The translations under genes were made by a program, and so were the position numbers. DNA of 64,000 nucleotides from an uncultured Isosphaeraceae bacterium (GTDB lineage: Bacteria > Planctomycetota > Phycisphaerae > Phycisphaerales > SM1A02), in NCBI GenBank assembly GCA_964575335.1, contig CAZNPU010000010.1:1174-65173 (forward strand), read 5' to 3'. Below, in pieces: positions 9,289 to 19,505 of this stretch (its first letter is position 1; every line of letters begins with the position of its first letter). The notes beneath the pieces are model-generated. The model saw only the letters and a program-made list of their open reading frames with translations, was not told the DNA's origin and did no database searches.

Positions 9289-10422
9289 ATGACCAGAACT
9301 GAGAGATATGAGGCAGCGATCATCGGCGCAGGACCAATCGGCTTGGAACTGGCGGTTGCGTTCAAACATGCCGGCGTTGATTACGTGCAGTTTGAGGCAG
9401 GGGCGATTGGCGCAACCATGCAGTGGTGGGCGCCGGATACGCGGTTTTTCTCCAGCCCCGAACGCATCGCCATCGCCGGCGTGCCGCTGGTGACCGTCGA
9501 TCAATCCAAGGCGACGCGCGAAGAGTATCTGGCGTATCTGCGCGGTGTTGCGCAGCAATTTAATCTGAACATACGTTCATACACGCGCGTCGTAAAAGTC
9601 GAACGCCGTGATGATGGCTTTGCGATCTTCACGCAGCCGAGCCTTCATGGAGTAGGTGGGCCGGCAGAGCTGGAGGAGAAGATCGCAGCGGCGCATGACC
9701 AAGCCACGCCGCAAGCCGCACCGGCGGCGGAACCGGCGGTGGTGGCGCGAAACGTGGTGCTGGCGATTGGTGACATGCACCTGCCGCGCATGATCAACGT
9801 GCCGGGCGAAGACCTGCCGCACGTGAGCCATTTTCTTGGCGAACCGCATCAGTATTTCAACCAGCGCGTGCTGATCGTGGGAGGCAAGAACTCCGCGGTG
9901 GAAGCGGCGCTGCGGCTGTATCGCTGCGGCGCTCATGTCATTATGAGTTATCGCGGCAGCGAATTTGATCCGAAACGCGTCAAATACTGGCTGAAGCCGG
10001 AGCTGGATTGGCTTATCTCGAAAGGGCGCATTGAATTTCATCCGCGCACGGTCGTGAAAGCCATTCACGCGCCGCCCCGCGGCACAGTGCTGGCCAATGT
10101 GGAAGACTGTGACGACACGCGCGAGATAGATGCTGATTTCGTCCTGCTCCTGACCGGTTACGTGCAGGATCCGACGTTGTTTGAACAGCTTGGCGTTGAG
10201 CTTGTGGGCAAGTCACGCGCACTCAGATACGATCGCAGCACGATGCAGACCAACGTGCCGGGCGTCTACGTTGCAGGGACCGCAGCGGGCGGCAGCCAGC
10301 AACGAACGCGGCTGTTCATCGAAAACAGTCACGAACACGTGCGCAAAATCGTGCGCGCAATCAGCGGGAGCGATGTGCCGTGGCTTGTGGAATCGGAGTT
10401 CAGCACACTGGAAGAAAGCTGA
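9289..10422 (+). CDS. YpdA-like FAD/NAD(P)-dependent disulfide oxidoreductase
   Basis: GAGPIGLE dinucleotide motif, then FFSSPERIAIAGVPL as in YpdA-family putative thiol-disulfide reductases. A second Rossmann motif is VLIVGGKNSAVEAAL. Confidence 0.7.
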   Translation: MTRTERYEAAIIGAGPIGLELAVAFKHAGVDYVQFEAGAIGATMQWWAPDTRFFSSPERIAIAGVPLVTVDQSKATREEYLAYLRGVAQQFNLNIRSYTRVVKVERRDDGFAIFTQPSLHGVGGPAELEEKIAAAHDQATPQAAPAAEPAVVARNVVLAIGDMHLPRMINVPGEDLPHVSHFLGEPHQYFNQRVLIVGGKNSAVEAALRLYRCGAHVIMSYRGSEFDPKRVKYWLKPELDWLISKGRIEFHPRTVVKAIHAPPRGTVLANVEDCDDTREIDADFVLLLTGYVQDPTLFEQLGVELVGKSRALRYDRSTMQTNVPGVYVAGTAAGGSQQRTRLFIENSHEHVRKIVRAISGSDVPWLVESEFSTLEES

Positions 10423-10465
10423 AGCGCTGCTGGTGCATGCTTGTGCTGCTGCAGCAAGCGCTGCA

Positions 10466-10747
10466 TCAATCTCCCTGTTCAGCGGCAGCATCTCGCTGAC
10501 CGGTTTTGCGGTAGGCAGCCCGGCGCTGCGCGTAGGTTTCAGGCGACACCGGCAGGTTCGGCTCCTCGCCGCGCTTCCATTGTTCGTGCAGTTTCTTCAA
10601 AAACGGCACGCACCATTGACAACCCGTTCCTGCACCCAGGCACTCGCTTAATTGCGACGGCACGCTGGGCTTCTCACGCTTGAGATAATTCACCAGTTTG
10701 CGCTGGCTTACGCGAAAGCAAAGACACACGTGGTCGTCGGGATGCAT
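10466..10747 (-). CDS. BFD-like [2Fe-2S]-binding domain protein
   Basis: 93 aa with the VCLCFRVS...GAGTGCQWC cysteine pattern (CxC...CxxC) typical of bacterioferritin-associated-ferredoxin-like domains. Confidence 0.7.
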   Translation of the reverse strand: MHPDDHVCLCFRVSQRKLVNYLKREKPSVPSQLSECLGAGTGCQWCVPFLKKLHEQWKRGEEPNLPVSPETYAQRRAAYRKTGQRDAAAEQGD

Positions 10748-10898
10748 GGGGAGCGCTCGAAGTTGATGGGCATTGGCCTGATGATTCTAGAGCGGCGTCA
10801 GCGCAATGTTATGGTCCTGGGTCATCCCGCAGGTATGAACGAAGTATCAGCAGCCGGTGTGACGCTCGTTTTGCAATATGAATTGATGGCAATGCGCA

Positions 10899-11540
10899 TC
10901 ACCGCGTTGCCGCAGCGGTGGCGGTCATGGGACGCGGCGAACCGGGCGGCGTTGCCACCGACCCTGGCGCAGGATGCCGGTCTGCAGTGGTGCGGTCCCA
11001 ACTGCGGTGATAACGGGCGATGGGCAGATCGTGATACGTGCTGCGGCAGCGATAGCACACCAGCCGCCGGCGTGAAAACAGCAGAATCGAAATATCCAGA
11101 ACAAGCACGACAGCCATCGCGATGAGCACCGGCAGGTTCGTCACCAGGCCGAACACGCCGACCAGCGCGCCGACGAACGCGAGCACCACGACAAACCCCG
11201 TGACCTGCGGAAACGCTTTTTCCTTGAAAAGATCGGGGCAGCCGCAGGCCACGCATCGCCGCAGCTGACCGGCGTCATCCAGTGCGGTGTCCCAGTTCAA
11301 AAACACCTCGGTTGACGGAGGCGGGGCGATGGCGGCGTCGATATCGTGGCGATCTGCTGCTGAAGCGTCCTGATCGCTAGGCCGCACGATGGCGCTGGCG
11401 CGCCGGATCGTCCGCTGCACGCGGCGAATCAGCGCCGGCGGTCGAAACGGCTCAACGGTTGCGCGGGTCGGCCGCTGGGCCGGATCGACAAGAATCCGGC
11501 CGATCCGCTGTCGATTTTCATTTCGAAGCTCGATGCGCAT
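10899..11540 (-). CDS. Hypothetical membrane protein with a split zinc-ribbon (CxxC...CxxC) around two TM helices
   Basis: RRCVACGC ... two hydrophobic helices (FVVVLAFVGALVGVFGLV, VLIAMAVVLVLDISILLF) ... LVCYRCRS. No family recognised. Confidence 0.5.
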   Translation of the reverse strand: MRIELRNENRQRIGRILVDPAQRPTRATVEPFRPPALIRRVQRTIRRASAIVRPSDQDASAADRHDIDAAIAPPPSTEVFLNWDTALDDAGQLRRCVACGCPDLFKEKAFPQVTGFVVVLAFVGALVGVFGLVTNLPVLIAMAVVLVLDISILLFSRRRLVCYRCRSTYHDLPIARYHRSWDRTTADRHPAPGSVATPPGSPRPMTATAAATR

Positions 11541-11598
11541 CCGTCGATGATGGTACTCCAGACGATGCTATTCTGACATCAAAATGCCGGTCAGGCGG

Positions 11599-12264
11599 TT
11601 ATCCCGTTGTCGCCATTGCCGTCAGACGCGTTTCCAGTTCCCTGAGCAACGTGGCGAAAACGGTATCCGCATCGCCTGAAGCGTCGATCACGAGATATCG
11701 GTCCGGCTGGCTCTGCGCCTGGGCGAGAAATCCCTGGCGGACCCGACGGTGAAACTCGACGCCCTTGAGTTCCATGCGGTCCAGCAGCGGATTGAGTCGT
11801 GTGGCGGCCACGTGCTCATCCACATCAAAGATAATCGTCAGGTCCGGCCACAGCGAGCCGATTGCCACGCGGCCGACCGTCAGGATTTCCTCCTGCGTCA
11901 TGCCGCCAGCCGTCCCCTGATAGGCAAGGGTGGAACTGATGAAGCGGTCGGCCAGCACCAGCTCGTTGCGCTTCAACGCCGGGCGAATGGTCTGCTCGAT
12001 AAGTTGGGCCCGGCTGGCCATGTAGAGCATCATTTCGCATCGCAGGCTCATTTCGGCGTTGGCTGGATCGAGCAGGATTGTGCGAATCTGCTCGCCGATG
12101 GCGGTGCCGCCCGGTTCGCGCACCTCGGTCACTTTCACATTGTGGTCTCGGCAGTACTGGGCGAATCGTTTGAACTGCGTCGATTTGCCCGAACCATCCG
12201 GCCCGTCAAAGACCAGGAAGCGGCCGGCAAGTTGTTGAGTCCAATGATCGGTCAGCGGTGGCAT
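11599..12264 (-). CDS. tmk: Thymidylate kinase
   Basis: The internal ATG at 12264 gives MPPLTDHWTQQLAGRFLVFDGPDGSGKSTQ...VREPGGTAIGEQIR, the Tmk P-loop and REPGGT motif. The longer ORF-track N-terminus is Arg/Cys-rich and implausible. Confidence 0.9.
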   Translation of the reverse strand: MPPLTDHWTQQLAGRFLVFDGPDGSGKSTQFKRFAQYCRDHNVKVTEVREPGGTAIGEQIRTILLDPANAEMSLRCEMMLYMASRAQLIEQTIRPALKRNELVLADRFISSTLAYQGTAGGMTQEEILTVGRVAIGSLWPDLTIIFDVDEHVAATRLNPLLDRMELKGVEFHRRVRQGFLAQAQSQPDRYLVIDASGDADTVFATLLRELETRLTAMATTG

Positions 12265-12554
12265 CGCGGCATCATGGCATTGCGATGCCGGACGGGCAAG
12301 CCGCCGAGCGCGGAGGCGTGCATATCCACAACTGCTGCCGCACGCCAAGCTCGCACGCCGGTTCTCACGGGCGCGATGTGCAGCGCTGCGCAAACAGCGA
12401 AGATAGCAAAACTCATCAGCTTCCCCACGCGATTGCTGGTGGAATTTTCCTATTTTCCCCACATTGTGCGGGGCGGTGCGAATAGGGCAAAACGCTTCAG
12501 GCAGCCGTCGTTTTGTAGGAATTTTCCGGTGCGCCTTGCCGATAGAACCGACGG

Positions 12555-13067
12555 GTGACGGCCTGCACGATACGGGAACTTTTTATGCCGATGCGCGATT
12601 CACCCAAGCCGATCGTGGACACGATTCGGATGTCGGATCGCGATTTATTGCGGCTTCTGGCGGCCGTAGATGCGCAGCATGCTGGCGAACATGGCGGGTC
12701 GGAACACACCGGCGCATTGAAAGCGTCTGTGAATCTCCCGCGAGTGCTGGTGCAGGTGACCGATGCGGGAACGCAGGCAAGCCACATCTTCCTCGTCAAG
12801 CTGCGCGACATTCACGAACATGGCCTTGTATTCATCCACGGCGCGTTCATCTACGAAAACTCGCGCTGCAATGTGCTGCTGCGAAGTGCTGACAGCAAGC
12901 CCGTGCAGCTTCACGCCACGGTGGTGCGGTGCAATTACATCGCCGGCCGTCTGTATGAGGTAACCGCTGCATTCAAGCAGCCTATTTCGCTTCAGAGCTA
13001 CTGTTTCGCCGATGGCGCTCCGCTTCTCGCTGCGCTTCGCGCTGATGATGAGCATGCCTCAACGTGA
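12555..13067 (+). CDS. PilZ-like domain protein (degenerate motifs)
   Basis: ...LPRVLVQVTDAGTQASHIFLVKLRDIHEHGLVFIHG...LHATVVRCNYIAGRLYEVTAAFKQPI resembles the PilZ beta-barrel (DxSxxG-like DIHEHG; terminal G.V.R...Y.V...F). The RRxxxR motif is not intact. Confidence 0.45.
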   Translation: MTACTIRELFMPMRDSPKPIVDTIRMSDRDLLRLLAAVDAQHAGEHGGSEHTGALKASVNLPRVLVQVTDAGTQASHIFLVKLRDIHEHGLVFIHGAFIYENSRCNVLLRSADSKPVQLHATVVRCNYIAGRLYEVTAAFKQPISLQSYCFADGAPLLAALRADDEHAST

Positions 13068-13297
13068 CCGTGCCTGGCCTCCCATGACCGCATGATGCAT
13101 CAAATCATCAGTGATTCATCATTATTGTGAGTCGTCATTGATGCGCCTGCGTGCACGGCATGTGACGATGTGTTACGAAGAAGAGCGCATCGGACACTGC
13201 CCGTAAGCGCAAAAATAGGAATGTTGCCCCACATCACCATAACGATGCACATCATGCATCGCCGGCGTTCAGGCCTGCGAAAAGAGTGCTGCCGGAA

Positions 13298-13657
13298 TCA
13301 CGTTGCAGCTTCGATGGTAACGGTAAGGCCCTTGCTGGCGAACTGTTCACTGAGCAGTTCCGCGTGCTCGCGATGGGTCGTCAAAAGCAACGCAAGCCCC
13401 GTTTTGTGGGCCTCAAAGGTCCGCAACAGGGCTTGACGGGGATTCAGTGTCGTAAGTGCGAGAATGGTTTCGACGACATAGCCGATATCGTTGACGTCAT
13501 CGTTGTGCAGAAGCACGTTCCAGGGCGGAAGCTGATCGACACGAGGTGGGGCTTGACGAGGTTTGGTTGTTGTTGTGGTGGCCCTGCGATTCTGATCTTT
13601 CTTGCCCGGTGGCGCGGTAACCGACGCCTGTTGCTGCTCAACTTGTTCCTGTGCCAT
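13298..13657 (-). CDS. clpS: ATP-dependent Clp protease adaptor ClpS
   Basis: PPWNVLLHNDDVNDIGYVVETILALT...AHKTGLALLLTTHREHAE is the ClpS core. The ATG at 13657 has AAGGAG 6 nt upstream. Confidence 0.9.
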   Translation of the reverse strand: MAQEQVEQQQASVTAPPGKKDQNRRATTTTTKPRQAPPRVDQLPPWNVLLHNDDVNDIGYVVETILALTTLNPRQALLRTFEAHKTGLALLLTTHREHAELLSEQFASKGLTVTIEAAT

Positions 13658-13871
13658 CGTCGGCTCCTTCACGAACACTGCTTCAACTCAAAGCCATGGT
13701 AGGCACTGATTAAGGCTCAGGCACGCATGTGCAATCCTGAAGAACCCAGACAGTCTAGGCTCGCATGGGGAACTTCAGGCAAGCGGCAGGGGAGGATTTG
13801 ACAATCGCTGCTGCGCCGATATGGCCCTGCGCGACCGCCTCCGCCCCGGCATCTCGAACGTCGTATGCAGC

Positions 13872-14993
13872 TCACACAGCCGCCAGCTGTGACTGCTCGA
13901 CAAGAAATTTCACCACGTCACGCACTGCGCCGGTTTGTTCAAAGATGCGCCGCTGCCGCTGTGCGCCGGTGCCGTGGTCAATGATGTCATTCAGGTAATG
14001 CAGGTGCTGCAGGCAGCCCAGTTTTTCTGCGTACGGCTCGCAGCGTTCAATCAGCTTGCGTGCGATGACGCGTGCGGGTACCGCCTGCATGGTTTCAAAA
14101 TCCACAAACAGCGCATCCATGCCGTATCGACCAGCATGCCATTTGTTTTGCTTGGCGATCATCGGGTGCGCATCGAATTGATATGCGCCGTTGTCGATAT
14201 GCTCGGAGATCGCCGCCACAAGCGATTGCGTCAGTGCGACGATCCCCAGCATATGCCGCAGGTTCAGCGGCATGTCCATCACGCGCATTTCCACCGTGCC
14301 AAAGCCCGCATGCGGCCGCACGTCCCACCAGATTTCACGGATGGAACTGATGAACTTTGTCTTGATGAGATGATCCACCAGCCACACGTATTCCGACCAG
14401 TTTCGCATTGTCTGCGGCATGCCGGCAGTGGGCAGCGATTCGATGACCTTTGAACGATAACTTTCCAGCCCCGAATCGCGTGCACACCACAGCGGCGAAT
14501 TGGCGCTCAGCGCAAGCAGCGTGGGAATGTGCTTGAGCAATCGATCGCACATATGGATCGCCTTGTCGCCGGTGTCAACGCCGACATGAACGTGCAGACC
14601 GAAGATCAACAGCCGCCTCGCGACATCCTGCATCGTGTCCAGCAGCCACGCATAGCGCTCCCCGGGAGTAACTTTCTGATCCTGCCAGCGGCTGAATGGA
14701 TGCGTGCCAGCCCAGACGAAGCACAGCCCCAGGCTTTCCGCGGTGTCTTGGGCCCACAGCAGTTTTTCGGTCAGGTCGGCTTCCACTTCGCCAACTGTCT
14801 GACACACGCCGGTGTTGATCTCGCAGTAACTCTGCATGAACTCCGGCTTGATGGAATCCTTCCATTTGGCCGGTACGCGATCGAGAATTGACTGGATGGA
14901 GTTGGAAAGCGCGCCGGTTTCCGCATCAAGAAGTTGCAACTCTATTTCAACGCCAAGCGTGTGCGTCGGGTTGCCATTGAAGATCTGGGGCAT
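13872..14993 (-). CDS. ybdK: Carboxylate-amine ligase, YbdK/GCS2 family
   Basis: THTLGVEIELQLLD..., GTHPF, and a 373-aa length match the glutamate-cysteine-ligase family 2 pattern. Confidence 0.8.
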   Translation of the reverse strand: MPQIFNGNPTHTLGVEIELQLLDAETGALSNSIQSILDRVPAKWKDSIKPEFMQSYCEINTGVCQTVGEVEADLTEKLLWAQDTAESLGLCFVWAGTHPFSRWQDQKVTPGERYAWLLDTMQDVARRLLIFGLHVHVGVDTGDKAIHMCDRLLKHIPTLLALSANSPLWCARDSGLESYRSKVIESLPTAGMPQTMRNWSEYVWLVDHLIKTKFISSIREIWWDVRPHAGFGTVEMRVMDMPLNLRHMLGIVALTQSLVAAISEHIDNGAYQFDAHPMIAKQNKWHAGRYGMDALFVDFETMQAVPARVIARKLIERCEPYAEKLGCLQHLHYLNDIIDHGTGAQRQRRIFEQTGAVRDVVKFLVEQSQLAAV

Positions 14994-15184
14994 GGCCGAG
15001 CGCGCCTCCGGTAAGGAAACATTATTCAGGATACCAATTCCTGATCAGATTCCGCAATCACCAACTTGCATAAATATTTCACCACGCCCGGATCCGATGC
15101 GCCGAATTCGGTACGCCGGGTCTGACGAACGAAGTGAGGAAGACCCGGTTCACTCCCCACCCCACACAACACCTACTTCACCGC

Positions 15185-16447
15185 CTACTGCCCGCACACC
15201 CGCTTCACCGCAGTGCGAGCAAGTAACTTTGCGCCTATGTGCAACGCCCGCTCATCGATGTCAAACATGCCTGAATGCAGCGGTTGACGTTGCGCCGGAT
15301 CGGGCAGCGCTGCGCCGAGCCGGACGATTGCACCGGGAATATTTTGCTGATAATACGCAAAATCTTCGCCGCCCATGCTGGGCACTTCGATCCATGTGAC
15401 CGCCTGCGGGCCGAAAAGCTCAGTCGCTGCGCTGACCATCAGATCGATCAGATGCGGATCGTTGTTCGTTGCCGGAACCGTGGTGGGAAACGTCAGCCTG
15501 GCTTCGCAGCCCGTCGCGTGCGCAACCGACTGCACGACCGCCTCCATGCGCTGCTGCACCGCCAGTTGATCCTGCGCTCGCGCGGTGCGAAGCGTGCCGC
15601 GCACCGTAGCCTCGCTCGGAATGGTGTTGACTGTCGAGCCGGCATTGATTGACGCCACTGCAAGGGCAAGCGGATATCGGCTGTCCATGCTGCGCGGCGC
15701 AAGCTGATACAACAGACTGACGATGTTTGCTGCTGCGGGAATCGGATCGATCGCTTCAAACGGCCGGGCTGTGTGGCCGCTTCGCCCTTTGATGGCAATG
15801 TCGAATACCGTACATGCGCTGGTCAGCGGTCCGTTGCGAAACCCGATCACGCCCGGCTCGAGAAATGGATCGACATGAACCGCAAATATCGCCTGCACGT
15901 TGTCGATCGCGCCCTGTCGAATCATCGACAATGCGCCGGCAGCACTTTCCTCAGCAGGCTGAAAGATTGCGCGAATGTTGTGCGTTGCGCCGATGCTGCG
16001 AAGCGCATCGCGCTGTGTGCCAAGAGCCAGCAACGCGCCGAGCACGATGGCGGTGTGCGCATCGTGGCCGCAGGCATGACACAACCCGGATTTGCGCGAG
16101 GCGTACTCGACGTTTTTATCATCGTTCACTTGCACGCAATCCAGTTCAGCGCGCAAAGCGATGAACCGGTCGGCTGGCGCGCCAAGATCAATGTCCGCCA
16201 CAACGCCCAGACCATCTGCCATCATGCGCGGCTGCAGGTTGTGCTCGCGCAGGCTTTGAGCAATCAGTTGCGAAGAGGCGATCTCCATGCCGGATGCTTC
16301 CGGATTGGCGTGCATCTGCCGGCGCAGCGCGAGCATCGTATCGTGCTGCGCTTCGATCGATTGCGCGATCGCCCGCCAGATACGATCATCAAACGATGTC
16401 GAATCAATGTCAGCAGCAGCAGAGGCAATAGGGGTGACGTGGCGCAT
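15185..16447 (-). CDS. M20D-family amidohydrolase (N-acyl-amino-acid amidohydrolase/hippurate hydrolase-like)
   Basis: HACGHDAHTAIVLGA, FQPAEE and GGEDFAYY are typical M20D metal-ligand contexts. Confidence 0.85.
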   Translation of the reverse strand: MRHVTPIASAAADIDSTSFDDRIWRAIAQSIEAQHDTMLALRRQMHANPEASGMEIASSQLIAQSLREHNLQPRMMADGLGVVADIDLGAPADRFIALRAELDCVQVNDDKNVEYASRKSGLCHACGHDAHTAIVLGALLALGTQRDALRSIGATHNIRAIFQPAEESAAGALSMIRQGAIDNVQAIFAVHVDPFLEPGVIGFRNGPLTSACTVFDIAIKGRSGHTARPFEAIDPIPAAANIVSLLYQLAPRSMDSRYPLALAVASINAGSTVNTIPSEATVRGTLRTARAQDQLAVQQRMEAVVQSVAHATGCEARLTFPTTVPATNNDPHLIDLMVSAATELFGPQAVTWIEVPSMGGEDFAYYQQNIPGAIVRLGAALPDPAQRQPLHSGMFDIDERALHIGAKLLARTAVKRVCGQ

Positions 16448-16619
16448 GGCGTTTCCAGGTCCGACCGTTTCAGACTAACGAATGAGCAGGGGCGGGCAAA
16501 CGACTTTTCAGTGATTTTTCACTAGGGCAGTCGTGCATCGCGCGTCATGCTTCAGCATGACAGCATGACGCGCCAGTTCTTCAAACTCCTTATCCTGCAC
16601 TCAATCAGTGCCGGCTCGC

Positions 16620-17651
16620 TCAGCTCCACCGCACGACAATCTTGCCAAACTGCTGTCCTGATTCCAGCCGCTCATAGGCTTTGGGGGCATCGGCAGCGTC
16701 AAAGACACTGTCAATCACCGGCTTGATCGCGCCGCTCTGGAACAGTGCGGTGACCTCGCGCAGCTCGTTCATATCGCCCATTGTTGAACCGAGGATGCTC
16801 AACTGGTTCCAGTAGAGCCGCGTCAGATCGGTGGTTGCATCGGAGCCGGTGGTTGTGCCGCAGGTGACATAGATGCCGCCGCGCGCCAGCGACTTCATGC
16901 CCGAGAGATGCGTCGCTTTGCCGATGGAGTCCACGCAGATATCCACGCCGCGCCGCCCGGTGATGGTGCGCACCTGCCTTGACCAGTCTTCGCCGGTGTC
17001 AAGCACGCCGTGGTCTGCGCCCAGGTGCATAGCGCGATCGAGCTTGGACTGGTGACGGCTGGTGACGATGATTCTGCAGCCCAGATGTTTCGCAATCGCC
17101 AGGGCCGCTAAGGCAACTCCGCCGCCGATGCCGGTGATGAGCACCCACTGGCCCGGTTGAACGCGGCAGCGCGACCAGAGCATGCGCCAGGCGGTGAGAT
17201 GCGTCAGTCCGAAAGCCGCGGCTTGTACGGGATCGCAATCGCCGACTACCAGCACGTTGCTTGCCGGCGCGACAAACTTCTCCGCCAGCGTGCCGTTGGT
17301 GTGTTCGCCGATCATGATGCGATCGTCGGCTGCCGGTGAGATGCCCGGCAGCACCGGATCAGACACCGGAATCTGGGCGTTGAGGATCACGCGCTTGCCG
17401 ATCCACGACTGATCGACGCCTTCGCCGACGGATTCCACGATGCCGCAGCCGTCCGATCCGCTTACGCGCGGATAGGTCAAACCAAGCCCGGGTAGGCCCC
17501 GCCCAACCCAGAGATCAAGATGGTTCAGCGCAGCGGCTTCAGTGCGCACAACCACTTCGCCGGGCTTGGCGGTTGGTTCAGGCCAGTCGTTGACGACGTT
17601 CACATTCGGCGCAACCGGTGCGCCTTCTTTGGTAATGATGGCAGCTTTCAT
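16620..17651 (-). CDS. Zinc-type alcohol dehydrogenase/quinone oxidoreductase (MDR superfamily)
   Basis: The internal ATG at 17651 gives MKAAIITKEG...GEVVVRTEAAALNHLDLWVGRG...VLITGIGGGVALAALAIAK. This start removes the overlap with the upstream HD-GYP gene. Confidence 0.85.
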   Translation of the reverse strand: MKAAIITKEGAPVAPNVNVVNDWPEPTAKPGEVVVRTEAAALNHLDLWVGRGLPGLGLTYPRVSGSDGCGIVESVGEGVDQSWIGKRVILNAQIPVSDPVLPGISPAADDRIMIGEHTNGTLAEKFVAPASNVLVVGDCDPVQAAAFGLTHLTAWRMLWSRCRVQPGQWVLITGIGGGVALAALAIAKHLGCRIIVTSRHQSKLDRAMHLGADHGVLDTGEDWSRQVRTITGRRGVDICVDSIGKATHLSGMKSLARGGIYVTCGTTTGSDATTDLTRLYWNQLSILGSTMGDMNELREVTALFQSGAIKPVIDSVFDAADAPKAYERLESGQQFGKIVVRWS

Positions 17652-17742
17652 GCATGGATTGTAGAGGCAAAGCGCGCTGTGATCAGCCGCCGATGCTGCG
17701 AACGCGAGGGATCGATTGTGGCTGAGTGCGCAAGCGGATTTC

Positions 17743-18456
17743 CTAGGCTGAAAATCCGAAGATGCCGCGGAGACATCCTTCCTGATCGCATCGCTTGATC
17801 GCCTCAACCACCTGCGGATCAAGTTGCGTGCCTGCAAGGCTGATGACCTCGCGCAGCGCCTGCTCGTAGCTCCAGGACTGCTTATAGCAGCGCTGGGCGA
17901 TCAGCGCATCGAGCACGTCGGCTGCTGCGGTGATGCGCGCCTCGGCGGGTATGGCCTCGCCTGCCAGGCCGTCGGGATATCCCGTGCCGTCCCATCGTTC
18001 GTGATGGCTGCGCGCGATGCGGGCCGCCCGCTCCATGCTCTGACGATCAGCCAGCAACTGCTCGCCTTGAATCGTGTGCTGCTGCATGATCTTGCGCTCA
18101 CTGGGCGTCAGATCGGCCGGCTTTTTCAAAATCTCAGGCGAAATGCGCAGCTTGCCCACATCGTGCAGCATGGCATCGATGCCCAGGGCCTCAGCATCGG
18201 CGGGTGCAAATCCCATTCGCAGTGCAATCTGCTCAACAATCAACCGAATGCGGAGCACGTGCGCGCCGGTGTCTTCATCGTGCCGTTCGCTGGCGCGGGC
18301 CAGTGTGAAAATCGCATCGTGATGCGCCGCCAAGGCAGGATCGCGCAGCTTCGCGCGGCGTTCGCGGCCTTCATGAAACGCGCTTGTCATTGGACCGGAT
18401 TGAGAACTGCCCATGGGCACGATGTGCGAATCCTTCTGCGCTCGCTTCAAATTCAA
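17743..18456 (-). CDS. Stand-alone HD-GYP domain protein (putative c-di-GMP phosphodiesterase)
   Basis: HDVGKLRISPEILKK...HTIQGEQLL...SHHERWDGTGYPDGL carries the HD and GYP signatures. There is no receiver or sensor domain. Confidence 0.85.
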   Translation of the reverse strand: MNLKRAQKDSHIVPMGSSQSGPMTSAFHEGRERRAKLRDPALAAHHDAIFTLARASERHDEDTGAHVLRIRLIVEQIALRMGFAPADAEALGIDAMLHDVGKLRISPEILKKPADLTPSERKIMQQHTIQGEQLLADRQSMERAARIARSHHERWDGTGYPDGLAGEAIPAEARITAAADVLDALIAQRCYKQSWSYEQALREVISLAGTQLDPQVVEAIKRCDQEGCLRGIFGFSA

Positions 18457-18506
18457 ATATCGGAATGATTCGCAGGCGAGTCAAAAATGCGCATCAATAT
18501 CGGTTG

Positions 18507-19505
18507 CTACTTCTGCTCTTTCGCAGCCGACTGCAGTTCATCGCGAACACGCTCCAGCAGCGATTGCGTGGCGCGGATGCCCTCGATCTCGCTGAGCGTC
18601 TGTCCTTCGTACTCAATGCCCACATAGCCGCGATAACCCGCATCGAGCACGATCTTCATCATGCGGCGATAATCGGTGTTCGTCTCGTTGCTCTCATGAT
18701 CAAATTCATTGCTCTTGGCGCTGACCGCTTTCGCAAACGGCATGAGTTCCTTCACGCCCTGATAACGGTCGTACCACACTGCGGGATCATCCTTCCGCGA
18801 CCAGTCCATGCAGAAGTTGCCGAAATCAGGCAGCGTGCCGCAGCGCCCGCCCGGAACGTGCTGATTCACCGCCTTGATTACGCCCGCCAGCCACGCGCCG
18901 TTGGATGACAATCCGCCGTGGTTTTCAACAAGAATGTTGATGCCTTGTCGTGCAGCGTATTCGGTAAGCTGAGAAAGCCCGTCAACGACAAGCTTGTGCT
19001 GTTCATCAGCGCTGCCAGCTGACTGTGCGTTCACGCGGATGCTGTGTCCGCCGAGGAACTTGATCGCATCAACCCACTTGTAATGATTCTCCACCGCTGC
19101 TTTGCGCTTCGACGTATCGGGATCGCCCAAATGTCCCTGCGCATCGATCATGTACAGCAGACTTTTAACGCCAAGATCATCGCAGCGTTTTTTCAGTTCC
19201 GGCAGGTAACTGACGTCATTGTCTTCATACTGATTTTTGAAGCAGCGGTTGACGTACTCCACCGCCTCAATGCCGAAAGTTTCCTTAGCGAAGCGGGGGA
19301 AATCGAGCGGATGAAGCTCGCCGGAAAAAATGGTGCGATGTAATGACCATTGCGCCAGTGAGATACGAAACAGCGGTGCGTCGTCAGCCATGACGGAAGT
19401 TCCAGCACGAAGTGAAAGTGGGGAAGCAGCAAGGCAGCCGGCGGCGAGGCCTGCAGTTGATCGGAGAAAATCGCGGCGATTGAGTGACGCTGCCATCGTT
19501 GTCAC
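18507..19505 (-). CDS. Tat-signal xylose-isomerase-like TIM-barrel protein (sugar phosphate isomerase/epimerase family)
   Basis: The N-terminus NRRDFLRSTAGLAAGCLAASPL is a twin-arginine signal. The body has the AP-endonuclease-2/xylose-isomerase-like TIM-barrel pattern (VENHGG...). Confidence 0.8.
   Translation of the reverse strand: MTTMAASLNRRDFLRSTAGLAAGCLAASPLSLRAGTSVMADDAPLFRISLAQWSLHRTIFSGELHPLDFPRFAKETFGIEAVEYVNRCFKNQYEDNDVSYLPELKKRCDDLGVKSLLYMIDAQGHLGDPDTSKRKAAVENHYKWVDAIKFLGGHSIRVNAQSAGSADEQHKLVVDGLSQLTEYAARQGINILVENHGGLSSNGAWLAGVIKAVNQHVPGGRCGTLPDFGNFCMDWSRKDDPAVWYDRYQGVKELMPFAKAVSAKSNEFDHESNETNTDYRRMMKIVLDAGYRGYVGIEYEGQTLSEIEGIRATQSLLERVRDELQSAAKEQK

Noticed and set aside
8824-9289. 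Four overlapping 112-140-aa ORFs in the htrA/ypdA-like intergenic region
   Set aside because: They overlap one another on both strands, with extreme Arg/Cys/Trp/Ala composition, no SD sequences and no motifs.
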